Notes: generated by a model from the sequence alone, not told the origin. A stretch of 64,000 nt of DNA from Nitrospirales bacterium (GCA_963422365.1 OY729426.1:64001-128000); one strand, 5' to 3'. Positions 31,133 through 41,769 are shown, counted from the first letter of the stretch. Made by a program: numbers and translations.

Positions 31133-33304
31133 CTATTGCCGTTGCCTAGCTAATTGCGCGACTTGTCGCAATTCTTCAGCCTTTGTCTGCCCGTGCATCC
31201 GAATGTTGCGATACATGGCCAGGGCCCACATCGGGAAGTATTTACTATAGCCATGATATCGAAGATAGAAGACTCGAGGAAATCCGGTGCCGGTATGGAA
31301 TGGTTCGAACCACGTCCCATTATCCAGTTGCTGGCGGAGTAAAAAATTCATGCCTCGCACAACACTCAAGGAATCAGAGAGGCCTGCGGTCAATAAGGCC
31401 ATGAGAGCCCACGCCGTTTGTGAGGGGGTACTTTCTTCACCCTCTCCAGCCCATGCCTGATCGGCATACGACAAGCAAGATTCTCCCCATCCGCCATCCA
31501 CGTTTTGTTTGGATTCAAGCCACGCGACAGCGCGTTGAATCCATGGAGCGGACATGTCCTCTCCAATGGCCTGAAGGCCAGCCATGACACACCATGTCCC
31601 ATAGAGGTAATTGACTCCCCATCGCCCGTACCAACTACCATCAGCTTCTTGCTCTCGTCGAAGAAATTCAAGAGCCGGGGGCACGGCAGGGTGGGATCGG
31701 TCATATCCGAGGGTGCCCAGCATTTCCAGACACCGCCCCGTCAAGTCCGCCGTAGGAGGATCGAGCAAAGATTGATGATCTGCAAAGGGAATTTTGTTCA
31801 AAATCAGTTGATCATTATCTCGATCATAGGCTCCCCACCCTCCCGTCGAGCTTTGCATGTCCAACGTCCATTGCAGACCTCGCCGAATGGCCTCATCTTG
31901 GTCAGCGGGATGAAGAGATGAGAGTTTCGTTAAGGCGGTCACGACGGCGGCCGTATCATCGACATCGGGATACCACTCATTTTCAAATTGAAAATACCAT
32001 CCGCCAGGTGTGGCCGTGGGAGCGGATACGGCCCAATCCCCCACCCTGTGCGTTTGTCGAGAACGTAGCCAGGAAGAAGCATGCGAAAGTGCGCTATGGT
32101 CAACAGAGAGGCCTCTTTCAATGAACGCATTGACGGTTAACGCCGTATCCCAAACGGGGGAATGGCAAGGTTGCAGGTAAAGCGTGGACGGTGTCCGGCC
32201 ATCGGCTGACGCTGACGTTTCAATCTCCAGGGACTCGATTTCCCGAATTGCTTTTTGGATGAACGGATGCGTCACGGGGTATCCGAGAGCCACCAAGGCG
32301 AAGATCGAATTTGCCATGGCCGGGTAAATCGCCCCAAGTCCCCCTTCACCCTGCATATGTTTCAGCAACCAAGCCTCGGCTTTCTTAATCGCTTTTTTCC
32401 GTATGGAAAGAAGAGGATATTTTTCATAAATCTTGAGAACTCCATCGATCCAAACAAAAAAGTTCCGCCAACTCATGAACTCACGATCTTTTTGAAACGG
32501 TGGTGCGTTTCGATAGTTAATGTGACCCCGAGGCATACAGAACAACTCTTCAATCCCTTGTTCTGCAGGAATTCGGCATTCTCGGCGAATGGCAAAAACA
32601 ATAAGCAGAGGAATAACCACGGCTCTGGACCAATACGAGATGGCATAGATATTAAAAGAAAACTTTTGGGGCACCAGCACGATTTCTGGAGGCATGCTCG
32701 GGAGACCGATCCAATCGTATTGTCCAAACAAGGCCAACGTAATTTTCGTAAACACATTGGCTGACACAACACCGCCTTTTGCTAAAATCGCCAGTCTGGC
32801 TCGACACATCCCCGGATCATCTTGTGGGACCCCAGCCAATTTCAAAGCAAAGTAGGCTTTGACTGAGGCACTGACTTCCATGGGGCCGCCGGTATAAATT
32901 GGCCACCCACCCTCTTCGAGTTGGGTGCCTTGAAGATAGCAAACCATTTGGGCTTCCCGATTTCTATCAACGGCACCGATATACCGACGCAACATCACAT
33001 ACTCCGAGGTCAACGTCGTATCCGCCTCTAATGCCTCAACCCAATATCCGTCTTCAGGATGCTGTTGTTCGAAAAGCCATGTCGTACTCCGCGCCAAGGC
33101 TTCTTCTACTGCTTCCGCATGTCCAACGGTCGATGGCGCAGAACGCCCCTGAATGAATTTTAGTCCCCTTGCAACATCAGGGTTATTCGAGACAAGCTTC
33201 AATGAAGGGTTGTGCGACTTCCAATGACGGGATCGTAATCGATGGGGGACAGAGGTAAAAAAACTCTCAGACAGTCGTCCTAGGAGACTTTTGAGGAGGT
33301 CCAT
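31133..33304 (-). CDS. shc: Squalene--hopene cyclase
   Basis: DVDDTA catalytic motif, QW repeats, GTGFPRVFYL. Confidence 0.97.
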   Translation of the reverse strand: MDLLKSLLGRLSESFFTSVPHRLRSRHWKSHNPSLKLVSNNPDVARGLKFIQGRSAPSTVGHAEAVEEALARSTTWLFEQQHPEDGYWVEALEADTTLTSEYVMLRRYIGAVDRNREAQMVCYLQGTQLEEGGWPIYTGGPMEVSASVKAYFALKLAGVPQDDPGMCRARLAILAKGGVVSANVFTKITLALFGQYDWIGLPSMPPEIVLVPQKFSFNIYAISYWSRAVVIPLLIVFAIRRECRIPAEQGIEELFCMPRGHINYRNAPPFQKDREFMSWRNFFVWIDGVLKIYEKYPLLSIRKKAIKKAEAWLLKHMQGEGGLGAIYPAMANSIFALVALGYPVTHPFIQKAIREIESLEIETSASADGRTPSTLYLQPCHSPVWDTALTVNAFIERGLSVDHSALSHASSWLRSRQTHRVGDWAVSAPTATPGGWYFQFENEWYPDVDDTAAVVTALTKLSSLHPADQDEAIRRGLQWTLDMQSSTGGWGAYDRDNDQLILNKIPFADHQSLLDPPTADLTGRCLEMLGTLGYDRSHPAVPPALEFLRREQEADGSWYGRWGVNYLYGTWCVMAGLQAIGEDMSAPWIQRAVAWLESKQNVDGGWGESCLSYADQAWAGEGEESTPSQTAWALMALLTAGLSDSLSVVRGMNFLLRQQLDNGTWFEPFHTGTGFPRVFYLRYHGYSKYFPMWALAMYRNIRMHGQTKAEELRQVAQLARQRQ

Positions 33305-33409
33305 ATCTCAATGGTATGATTACAGGATATGTCGAGAGACGTGTACAGAACCAACGACTAGAAATTTTCAGGCGACTCATTCTTCGACACTGATCGAACA
33401 GATTATTGG

Positions 33410-33439
33410 CTTATAGCAGACCCTCTCGAAGAGAGTCAA
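33410..33439 (-). promoter_or_regulatory. Candidate sigma70 promoter for shc
   Basis: TTGACT-N18-TATAAG on the minus strand. Confidence 0.45.
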
Positions 33440-33457
33440 GCATAGTACCGTCTGACA

Positions 33458-33495
33458 TTGAGAAAACCGACCAAGTTTGAGAAAACCGACCAAGT
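33458..33495. repeat. Perfect 19-bp tandem duplication
   Basis: TTGAGAAAACCGACCAAGT x2. Confidence 0.9.
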
Positions 33496-33602
33496 GAAGG
33501 ACCATCATGAATGTGACGGTGAAGAGGACTGCACATTTCCACTACATTGCCCTGGCACTTCACGGCTGAGGCCGTCTTATCCCAACCGACGGAAAGGGGG
33601 GA

Positions 33603-34058
33603 CTATAAGACAACATCATTCGTGACATTCAGCAACGTTTTGTTCTCATCGATGGTCCACACGTCACAGGTGGCATCGTTATCAACATTGCCAATCGCCA
33701 CGGCCGTAAACTCGGTATCAGACACCGTACTCTCGGTATCCTCCTTGGAGGGGGTACACCCGCTAGGCAATGTTCCTGAATGATTCTCCCCCAACTTGTA
33801 GGAATATCGTTGCAAGACCCCGGTCACGGCAAATCCTATGGCATTGAAGTTATCACTATACGTGTCATATTCGGCAAAATAGGCCATCTCCCCCGTATGA
33901 ATCGCCACGAGATTGTTTTTGGCTTCTAGTTGTTTGGCTCGCGCTTGATATTGAAGAAAATTGGGAATGGCAATCGCAGCCAAAATGCCGATGATGGCCA
34001 CGACAATCATCAGCTCGGTCAAACTAAACCCTCGCTGATTGCGGATGGCATGAACCAT
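33603..34058 (-). CDS. Type IV pilin (prepilin)
   Basis: QRG/FSLTELMIVVAIIGILAAIAIP with Glu+5; AGGAGG RBS before ATG 34058; two C-terminal Cys. Confidence 0.9.
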   Translation of the reverse strand: MVHAIRNQRGFSLTELMIVVAIIGILAAIAIPNFLQYQARAKQLEAKNNLVAIHTGEMAYFAEYDTYSDNFNAIGFAVTGVLQRYSYKLGENHSGTLPSGCTPSKEDTESTVSDTEFTAVAIGNVDNDATCDVWTIDENKTLLNVTNDVVL

Positions 34059-34106
34059 ACGTTCCCTCCTTCTATATTGGCTACATTGAGCCCCTGCCTG
34101 CTTTGA

Positions 34107-34122
34107 TGCAGATCTCACGCCA
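34107..34122 (-). promoter_or_regulatory. Sigma54 (-24/-12) promoter candidate for the pilin
   Basis: TGGCGTGAGATCTGCA = GG-N10-GC, about 50 nt upstream of the pilin ATG. Confidence 0.6.
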
Positions 34123-34152
34123 TGACCTAATTGATGACTTGCTGAAGGGTGC

Positions 34153-36018
34153 CTAGGGAACAGGGGCTCCGAGAAGCACGGGATCCGCGTATTGGCTCAC
34201 TTGCGCGTCATCCTTCGACCGCTCCCCTTTCAAAACAGGCGGATTCCCAAAGCCCACCTCACGAAATCGTTTGATGAGTTTCTCATTGCGAGGCTCTAAT
34301 TCCAGAGACCGGATCCAGGCATCTTTAGCTGCTGCTTGATGATCTTGCGTCAGATAAATTTCTCCCAAATGCTCAAAAATGACCGGGTCATCTTTGACGA
34401 TCTCAGCTGCTCGCTTAATTTTTTGGAGGGCTTCGGCCACCCGCCCAACTTTGAACAACGCCCATCCTAAACTATCGATATACGCACCATTGTCCGGCTT
34501 GAGCGCAACAGCGCGTTGAGTGAATTCCACGGCTTCTTCCCCATGGATGCCTCGATCAGCATAACTATAGCCCAGGTAATTGAGCGCGTCGGCATGTTCA
34601 GGATTGAGCGTCAGTACGGTCTCCATTGTTCGAACCACGTCTGGGAACCGGTCCAGCTTGTCATACGCGGCACCAAGATTAAATCGCAGCGTTTCATCTT
34701 TGGGGTGATGTTCCAGCCCCTTTTCAAGCACAGACGTAGCCTGTTCAAATTGCTCGATTTGCAGGTAACTCAATCCCAACAAAAGATACGTCTCCGGATT
34801 ACCGGGTTTGAGCTCAACCGCTTGGGCTAAATGCAGCGCGGCTTCATCAAAACGTGTGAGTCGATACAGCAGAAAACCCAAGTGAAGACGGCTGTCATGA
34901 AAAGTCGGATCCACATGGATATTGGTCCGATACGATTCAATCGCCCTCTCAAAATCGTCGATTTGTTCGTACATCCACCCCAGATAATCCCGAACCCGAA
35001 GCTCGGACGGATGGGCCTGGACAATCCGGTTCAACCCCGCAATCGCACGGTGGGGGTCTTTCATCTCCACATAGACGAGAGCCCTTTGGATTTGCACTTT
35101 CACGTCCTCGGGGTCATCCGCCGTCATTTGATTAAGCATATCCAATGCGCGCGCGTAGTCTTTTTGTTTCACCAAAAGACGGACAAAGTCCTTACGGAAC
35201 GTATTGTTGCCCGGAGTGGCCGACGAAACAAACGGCTCATACAGCCGAATAGCTTCCTGAATTTCCCCATCGGATTCGTACAACTTGAGCAAGGCTCGAT
35301 ACGCTGGCTCAAATCGCTCAGCCCTGGTGATCGCTTGGCGGTATGCTTCCTTGGCTTCGACTCTCTTGCCTTGGGCCTCAAAGGCCTTTCCTCGGTAGAA
35401 ATATCCGAGATGCGACTCCGGCGTATAGGAAATACCCTGGGCAAAAGCCTCTTCAGCCTGTAGGGGTTGCTTAAGATTGAGCAGCAGCACCCCTCTGGCA
35501 AAATAGGTCTCCCCACGTTCAGGATTCACACGGACCGCTTCATCATATAACCCTAACGCGCGATCAAAGTTCCCTCCGCCTGCATAGATTTTGGCCATTT
35601 CAGTCAGCACGACCGCATCCTGCACACGAGTGGGTTGGATACGATCTAACGTGGCCATTGCTTTTTGCATCTTCCCCGACAAAAACTGCAACGCGGCTAA
35701 CCTCACGCGTAGAAAGACCGACTCCGAGTCAACCTGCAGGGCAGCGCGATACTCGAAAATGGCCTTGGGGACATCATTCGCAAGTTCTGCTAAATAGCCT
35801 TGTAAAAAATGATAATACGCTGGAGCAAGACGGGGTTGAGAGACGAATTCGGGTTCGGTGATGGAGTCGCTTGGAGGCTCAGGCACCGCGGCACACGATA
35901 CCACGATCAGAGGAACGAGGAGGCACGTGACTGCCACCCGTTCTTGCCATCCGCCGGGCAGTACGCCCGATCCTTTAGAAAACCACCGGTTGGTTTGTCT
36001 TGAATGTATATGTATCAT
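34153..36018 (-). CDS. TPR-repeat lipoprotein
   Basis: Lipobox IVVSC; many TPRs; ALNYLGYS, DSLGW, EHLGE. Confidence 0.85.
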   Translation of the reverse strand: MIHIHSRQTNRWFSKGSGVLPGGWQERVAVTCLLVPLIVVSCAAVPEPPSDSITEPEFVSQPRLAPAYYHFLQGYLAELANDVPKAIFEYRAALQVDSESVFLRVRLAALQFLSGKMQKAMATLDRIQPTRVQDAVVLTEMAKIYAGGGNFDRALGLYDEAVRVNPERGETYFARGVLLLNLKQPLQAEEAFAQGISYTPESHLGYFYRGKAFEAQGKRVEAKEAYRQAITRAERFEPAYRALLKLYESDGEIQEAIRLYEPFVSSATPGNNTFRKDFVRLLVKQKDYARALDMLNQMTADDPEDVKVQIQRALVYVEMKDPHRAIAGLNRIVQAHPSELRVRDYLGWMYEQIDDFERAIESYRTNIHVDPTFHDSRLHLGFLLYRLTRFDEAALHLAQAVELKPGNPETYLLLGLSYLQIEQFEQATSVLEKGLEHHPKDETLRFNLGAAYDKLDRFPDVVRTMETVLTLNPEHADALNYLGYSYADRGIHGEEAVEFTQRAVALKPDNGAYIDSLGWALFKVGRVAEALQKIKRAAEIVKDDPVIFEHLGEIYLTQDHQAAAKDAWIRSLELEPRNEKLIKRFREVGFGNPPVLKGERSKDDAQVSQYADPVLLGAPVP

Positions 36019-36041
36019 CTCGCCTTCATCAATCGCGGATC

Positions 36042-37391
36042 TTATGTCTGAAGGTGATGGCTCTCGAGATTGGCAAATTTCGCATACCGATCTTGGAAGG
36101 TCAGTTGCCGATCACCCGTCGGCCCATTGCGATGTTTCCGAATCAAAATATCGGCAATGCCTTTTTCCTCTGTATCCGGATTATAAACCTCCTCGCGATA
36201 AATGAACATCACGATATCGGCATCCTGTTCAATGGCCCCGGATTCCCGTAGATCAGAGAGGACGGGCCGTTTATCGATCCTGTTTTCCACGGCCCGGCTC
36301 AACTGGGAGAGTGCCAACACTGGAATATCCAATTCCTTGGCCAAGGCTTTTAACGATCGACTGATAACTGAAATTTCCTGTTGTCGAGATTCTGCTTGAC
36401 TGTGCCCCTGCATGAGTTGGAGATAATCGATGATCAAGAGATCCAGGCCCTGCTCCGCTTTGAGGCGACGAGCCTTGCCCCGCATTTGCTGCACCGTGAG
36501 CCCGCCGGAATCATCGATAAAAATCTTGGCCCTCTCCAAGCGATCCGCCGCATCACACAGCGAACGCCAATCTTCAGACGTCAGTTGCCCCGTCCTCAAG
36601 GCATGAGAATCTAAGCACGCCTGGGAACTGAGCATACGCAGAACCAACTGGGCTTGAGACATTTCCAGGCTAAAAATGCCCACGGTTAAATTCGCGCGAA
36701 TCGCGGCATATTCGGCCATTCCCAAGGCCAGACTGGTTTTCCCCATACTCGGACGACCGGCAATAACAATGAGATCGGACGGCTGCAACCCAGCCGTCAG
36801 ATCGTCAATCACACGGTACCCGGTCGGAACTCCTGTAATTCTTTCTTTGCGGCTAAATAATCGATCGACAATCTCAACACTTTCCTTAATGATTTGATGC
36901 ATGGCGACAAACGACCGATCCACGCGTCCTTGGCCCAGCCTAAAGATCTCCCGTTCCGCATATTCCAAGAGGTCAACCGACTCCACATGCGCATCATACC
37001 CTTTGGAGACCACGTCGGTGGCCACGCGGATCAACCCACGCAACAGGGATTTTTCCCGCACAATTTTGCAATGGTATCGTATATTGGACGCACTGGGGAC
37101 CGCCTGCACCAATTCAGCAACATAGGCAGCACCGCCCACCTGTTCCAATTGGGCTTTCGTTTTCAGGAGTTCCGTTAACGTGATCTGATCAACCACTTCA
37201 TTCCGTTCAGACAATTCAAGCATCCCCGCAAAAATGGTGCGATGAGCCCCACGATGAAAGTCTTCTTCGACAATCAATTCGATCGCCTTATTGAGCGCCC
37301 TGTTTTCCAACAGGATAGCTCCGAGGACGGATTGCTCGGCATCAAGATTCTGAGGCGGAAGACGAAGATCAGAGACGTCAGATGTGAGCAT
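36042..37391 (-). CDS. dnaB: Replicative DNA helicase
   Basis: PPQNLDAEQSVLG, GRPSMGKT, DYLQL, SDLRESGAIEQDAD. Confidence 0.97.
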   Translation of the reverse strand: MLTSDVSDLRLPPQNLDAEQSVLGAILLENRALNKAIELIVEEDFHRGAHRTIFAGMLELSERNEVVDQITLTELLKTKAQLEQVGGAAYVAELVQAVPSASNIRYHCKIVREKSLLRGLIRVATDVVSKGYDAHVESVDLLEYAEREIFRLGQGRVDRSFVAMHQIIKESVEIVDRLFSRKERITGVPTGYRVIDDLTAGLQPSDLIVIAGRPSMGKTSLALGMAEYAAIRANLTVGIFSLEMSQAQLVLRMLSSQACLDSHALRTGQLTSEDWRSLCDAADRLERAKIFIDDSGGLTVQQMRGKARRLKAEQGLDLLIIDYLQLMQGHSQAESRQQEISVISRSLKALAKELDIPVLALSQLSRAVENRIDKRPVLSDLRESGAIEQDADIVMFIYREEVYNPDTEEKGIADILIRKHRNGPTGDRQLTFQDRYAKFANLESHHLQT

Positions 37392-38745
37392 GCGTACCGT
37401 TGAGGAGCAGGCTGGGAAGATCTTGGATGCCGACTGTTTGTGAGGCGTTTGCTTGTGTCTTTTTCGCTATGACCAAGGCTTCTTGGCTCGACAAAGAAGG
37501 CACGCCCACCATCACGGCCCAGGATACGCTGGAAGTTTGGACACGGGTTCGAATCATTTTGAGTCGGGTCGAATCCCACCGAGGCACGGTTTCATGATGC
37601 ACCACCAACCCGTGCGAGCGAAGGAGCTGACTTGTTTGAAACGCTTGGCCAAAGTGGGAACGAGGCGCCACCACTAATACGCGAGGGGGGTCTAACGCCC
37701 ATTCCTTTCCCCCTCCGTCAAACGCATGGAATAATCGATCGAGATCCAAGGCAAATCCCGTAGAAGGGAGATCTTGCCCAAATTGTCCGATCAAATGGTT
37801 ATAGCGTCCGCCGCCGCCGAGTTCACAACCGACATTGGCAGAAAACACATCAAACACGACTCCATCATAGTAATCAAAGCCCCGAAACTCTCCCAGATCC
37901 AGGAGCAGATGCTCCTTGACGCCGGCTGCATCGAGAAGAGCATAAACGTTGGTCAACCGCTCAAGGGGGGTCAGCAACCGAGTATTACGACCGGCAATGG
38001 CTCGGCCCCATTGCAATACTTCCTCTCGCCCATAACGCCCCGGCGCTTCAAGAAGCGCTCGGGCTTGCTTGCGTGCCACGCGTTCGGTTTTCAAGATTCG
38101 TTCGAGTTGCGGCAAGTCTTTATGCGCAGCGGCGAGTTCCGCCTGCTTGCGCCCCTGTTCCGACAGACCCGAATGCGCCAGCAACGCCTGATAGAAACCG
38201 ACGTGTCCGAGTGAAATTTTGAAATCCCATAGCCCAACGGCCTTCAGAGACTCAATGAGCAAAGTCAAAATTTCGGCATCCATCGACGCGTCATCGACGC
38301 CAATCAGTTCGACCCCCAACTGAAACACTTCCCGCTCACGGCCAGCATGTTCGGGCTCATATCGAAACACGGTGGAGCGGTAACTCAACCGAAGGGGAAG
38401 TTGTCGTCCGGCCATCCCCATCGCCACAATTTTCGCGATTTGCGCGGTCACATCAGGACGAAGCACTAAAATGCGTCCGGTCGTCCAATCGGCGACTTTG
38501 TAACACTTTTCGAGGATATCAGCCGGCAACCCGGCAGAGAGCACGTCCAGATATTCAAAGGTTGGTGGGATAATTTCGCGATAGCCCCATTGGGTAAAAC
38601 CCTCAAATAACACGCGTTCCAAATGACGGACGCGTTCAGCCGCATCAGGCAGCAGGGTCGTCATCCCAATTGGGATCAGGGAACGGGGTACTGTTCCTAA
38701 AGAAACCGCGTGGCGCTCCGAGTGTGGGTGGAGACGGCGAGCCAT
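37378..38745 (-). CDS. hisZ: ATP phosphoribosyltransferase regulatory subunit
   Basis: LRPDVTAQIA, FQLGVELIG, YYDGVVF, GGGRY; HisRS-like fold; start chosen just after the serA stop. Confidence 0.88.
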   Translation of the reverse strand: MARRLHPHSERHAVSLGTVPRSLIPIGMTTLLPDAAERVRHLERVLFEGFTQWGYREIIPPTFEYLDVLSAGLPADILEKCYKVADWTTGRILVLRPDVTAQIAKIVAMGMAGRQLPLRLSYRSTVFRYEPEHAGREREVFQLGVELIGVDDASMDAEILTLLIESLKAVGLWDFKISLGHVGFYQALLAHSGLSEQGRKQAELAAAHKDLPQLERILKTERVARKQARALLEAPGRYGREEVLQWGRAIAGRNTRLLTPLERLTNVYALLDAAGVKEHLLLDLGEFRGFDYYDGVVFDVFSANVGCELGGGGRYNHLIGQFGQDLPSTGFALDLDRLFHAFDGGGKEWALDPPRVLVVAPRSHFGQAFQTSQLLRSHGLVVHHETVPRWDSTRLKMIRTRVQTSSVSWAVMVGVPSLSSQEALVIAKKTQANASQTVGIQDLPSLLLNGTHAHI

Positions 38746-38761
38746 CGAAAAGAGAGGACCG

Positions 38762-40354
38762 TTAAGGCACGCGTGACAGATCGACAAGGCGAACGGAAAG
38801 AATGTCCTGCTCACGCTTGACGCTCTCCATCACGTGAAGAGGGGGCGGTTCATCTAACCCAATGATCAACAACGCATGGCTTCCCTTTTGCGCACGAGAG
38901 CATTGCATCCGGGCAATATTCATGTCGTGTTCCCCGAGAATACGCCCAACCGTTCCAATAACACCCGGACGGTCGACGTTATAGATCAACAGCATATAGC
39001 CTTCGGGAATCACCTCGACCGCATACGCATTGCTTTCAATAATGCGAGGATCCTTTTTATGATACAGGGTTCCGGCCAATTGATGCGTTTGTGTACCGAC
39101 TGTCACGTGAAGACGAATCACGCTCGTATAATCTCCCGCATCGCTCCCCTTCACTTCCTTGACCTCGATGCCACGTTTCTTCGCAATAAAGGGCGCATTC
39201 ACGGCATTCACCCCATCTTGTAAAATCGGGGCCAACAAGCCCTTTAAGACCGAGACCGTCAGAGGAGCCAAGGAAAGATTCGCTACCTCTCCGCTACATT
39301 CCACAGTGACCTGTTCAATGCCTCCATCAATCAGTTGCGCTTGAAATAACCCCATCCGCTCGGCCAACCCCAGGTAGGGATGGAGTTGAAGCAAGACCTC
39401 AGGGGGAACCGAAGGAACATTCACCGCACCCCGGGACACGCCTTTCTTAAAATAGTCTACGAATTGTTCGGCAATCGCGACGGCGACATTTTCCTGGGCT
39501 TCCTCGGTCGAGGCCCCGATATGAGGCGTACAGATAAAGTTATCCAGGGCAAGCAAGGGATGATCCGGGTTCACGGGCTCCTCGGCAAACACATCGAATG
39601 CCGCCCCAGCGACTTTTTTACTTGTGAGTGCCTCATACATATCTTGTTCATTGATGATGCCCCCACGCGCACAATTCACAATCATCACCCCGTCTTTCAT
39701 TTGTTGTATGGCTTGGGCATTAATCAAAGACCGCGTTTCATTGGTCAAAGGGGTATGAACCGAGATAAAATCGGCCCGTCTCAATAACTCGTCCAATTCC
39801 ACGGTCTCGATTCCCAACACACGCGCACGCCCCGGAGCTAAATAGGGGTCATAGCCTATCACCTGCATGGCTAAGCCCTGTGCTAATTTGGTGACATAGG
39901 TTCCAATCTGGCCTAACCCTACGAGGCCGAGGGTTTTGTTGAACAACTCCGCCCCCATGAATTTACTTTTCTCCCACTTACCCGCCTTCGTCGAAGCGAC
40001 GGCTTGGGGAATTTTACGACTCATGGTCACAATCATGGCAATCGTGTGCTCTGCCGTCGTAATCGTATTCCCACCAGGCGTATTCATCACGACAATACCC
40101 CGACGAGTGGCGGCTTCACAATCAACGTTATCAAGGCCCGTCCCTGCGCGACCAATGATCTTAAGACGACGCCCGGCGTCAATGACGTCAGACGTCACCT
40201 TCGTGCCGGACCGAACAATGATTCCATCATAGTCTTTGATTTCTTCCAGAAGCTGTTCTTTAGACAGCTTGGTTTTTATCTCGGGGCGAAACCCTCCCTG
40301 TTCAAGAACGGCAACGCCCCGAGGCGATAAACTATCACTGACCAGAATTTTCAT
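38762..40354 (-). CDS. serA: D-3-phosphoglycerate dehydrogenase (with ACT domain)
   Basis: RAGTGLDNVD, GLGQIG, NCARGG, TPHIGAST, DRPGVIG. Confidence 0.96.
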   Translation of the reverse strand: MKILVSDSLSPRGVAVLEQGGFRPEIKTKLSKEQLLEEIKDYDGIIVRSGTKVTSDVIDAGRRLKIIGRAGTGLDNVDCEAATRRGIVVMNTPGGNTITTAEHTIAMIVTMSRKIPQAVASTKAGKWEKSKFMGAELFNKTLGLVGLGQIGTYVTKLAQGLAMQVIGYDPYLAPGRARVLGIETVELDELLRRADFISVHTPLTNETRSLINAQAIQQMKDGVMIVNCARGGIINEQDMYEALTSKKVAGAAFDVFAEEPVNPDHPLLALDNFICTPHIGASTEEAQENVAVAIAEQFVDYFKKGVSRGAVNVPSVPPEVLLQLHPYLGLAERMGLFQAQLIDGGIEQVTVECSGEVANLSLAPLTVSVLKGLLAPILQDGVNAVNAPFIAKKRGIEVKEVKGSDAGDYTSVIRLHVTVGTQTHQLAGTLYHKKDPRIIESNAYAVEVIPEGYMLLIYNVDRPGVIGTVGRILGEHDMNIARMQCSRAQKGSHALLIIGLDEPPPLHVMESVKREQDILSVRLVDLSRVP

Positions 40355-40364
40355 GGAATCTTCC

Positions 40365-41447
40365 CTACGCTTTCCGTTTTTCAAAATCTGCCATATAGTC
40401 AATTAAGGCATCCACGCCGGCTTCAGGCATGGCATTATAGATACTCGCACGCATACCGCCCACCGAACGATGCCCCTGTAGTGTGGTCAAGCCGGATTGC
40501 GCAGCTCCCGCGAGAAACTCCGAATCCAATTCCGGATTGGCCAAGACAAACGGCACATTCATCCAGGATCGACAGGGAGGGTCCACCGGGTTCCGATAGA
40601 AGCCGGAACCATCGATCGCAGCATACAGTTTCTTGGCCTTGCGTTCGTTGAGTTTGGCCATGGCCGAAAGTCCGCCTTGCTTCTTCAACCATTTAAAACC
40701 CAAGCCCGCGATATACAGGGCATAGGTCGGCGGGGTATTCAGCATGGACTCCGCTTTCGCCTGTTGCGCATAATCGAACACGCTGAGCGTCATCGGCAAC
40801 GCATCACCGATCAGGTCATCTCGCACAATCACCAACGTCATCCCGGCAGGGCCAATATTTTTTTGTGCCCCCGCATAAATCAACCCAAACCGACTCACAT
40901 CAATGGGGCGGGACAGGATGGTCGAAGAAAAATCAGCGACAAGCGGAACGTGCCCGGTCTCGGGCACCCAGTGAAACTCAACGCCGTCGATCGTTTCATT
41001 GGGGGTGTAATGCACATAGGCTGCCTCTGCACTCAACGACCAACTTTCAAATGAGGGGATGGTGGTGAATTGCTGGCTTTCGGAAGAAGCCGCGACCTTC
41101 ACTTCGCAATATTTCTTGGCCTCGCTAATGGCTTTTTTGCCCCAAGCCCCGGTCAAAAGGTAATCCGCCTTGCTTTTCCCGCGCAAAAGATTCATGGGAA
41201 TGGCGGCAAATTGTCCGGTCGCTCCCCCCTGCAAAAAGAGCACCTTGTACGTATCGGGAACCCCTAATAAGTCACGAACATCCTGTTCTGCCTCGGCAAA
41301 CACCGAGAGAAATTCTTGACTCCGATGGCTTAGCTCCATGACAGAGGATCCGGACCCATGCCAATCCGTCAATTCGGCCTGGGCTTGTTGTAAGACGGCC
41401 TCAGGCAACATGGCCGGCCCCGCGCTGAAATTATACACTCGCGACAT
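40365..41447 (-). CDS. serC: Phosphoserine aminotransferase
   Basis: YNFSAGPA, ELSHRS, AGAQKNIGPAG, GHRSVGGMRASIYNA. Confidence 0.96.
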   Translation of the reverse strand: MSRVYNFSAGPAMLPEAVLQQAQAELTDWHGSGSSVMELSHRSQEFLSVFAEAEQDVRDLLGVPDTYKVLFLQGGATGQFAAIPMNLLRGKSKADYLLTGAWGKKAISEAKKYCEVKVAASSESQQFTTIPSFESWSLSAEAAYVHYTPNETIDGVEFHWVPETGHVPLVADFSSTILSRPIDVSRFGLIYAGAQKNIGPAGMTLVIVRDDLIGDALPMTLSVFDYAQQAKAESMLNTPPTYALYIAGLGFKWLKKQGGLSAMAKLNERKAKKLYAAIDGSGFYRNPVDPPCRSWMNVPFVLANPELDSEFLAGAAQSGLTTLQGHRSVGGMRASIYNAMPEAGVDALIDYMADFEKRKA

Positions 41448-41769
41448 ACAAAACCTTTGGATGATGAAGCATGAAATCAATCACCAGGGTCCATGCGCTC
41501 CACCGGCGCCTGGATCAGTGCCGGTGGGACACTCTTTTCATCATGCAAAACCGGCACGAAACGCGGCTCGGCAATCAGGAATCTTCGTGTCGACTCATGC
41601 CGTGAATGGAAAGGAAATTACGCTACCACATGGTCTGGCAACGGTCAAGGACAAGAACCACAATAACTCCATGCCTCAACTTTTTTCACGAGAAATCGCC
41701 CTTGTCATGAGAACAACGGTTTGCCTACAATGTGACCCTTATACAAGTTTCAGTAACGGGGAATAGAGA

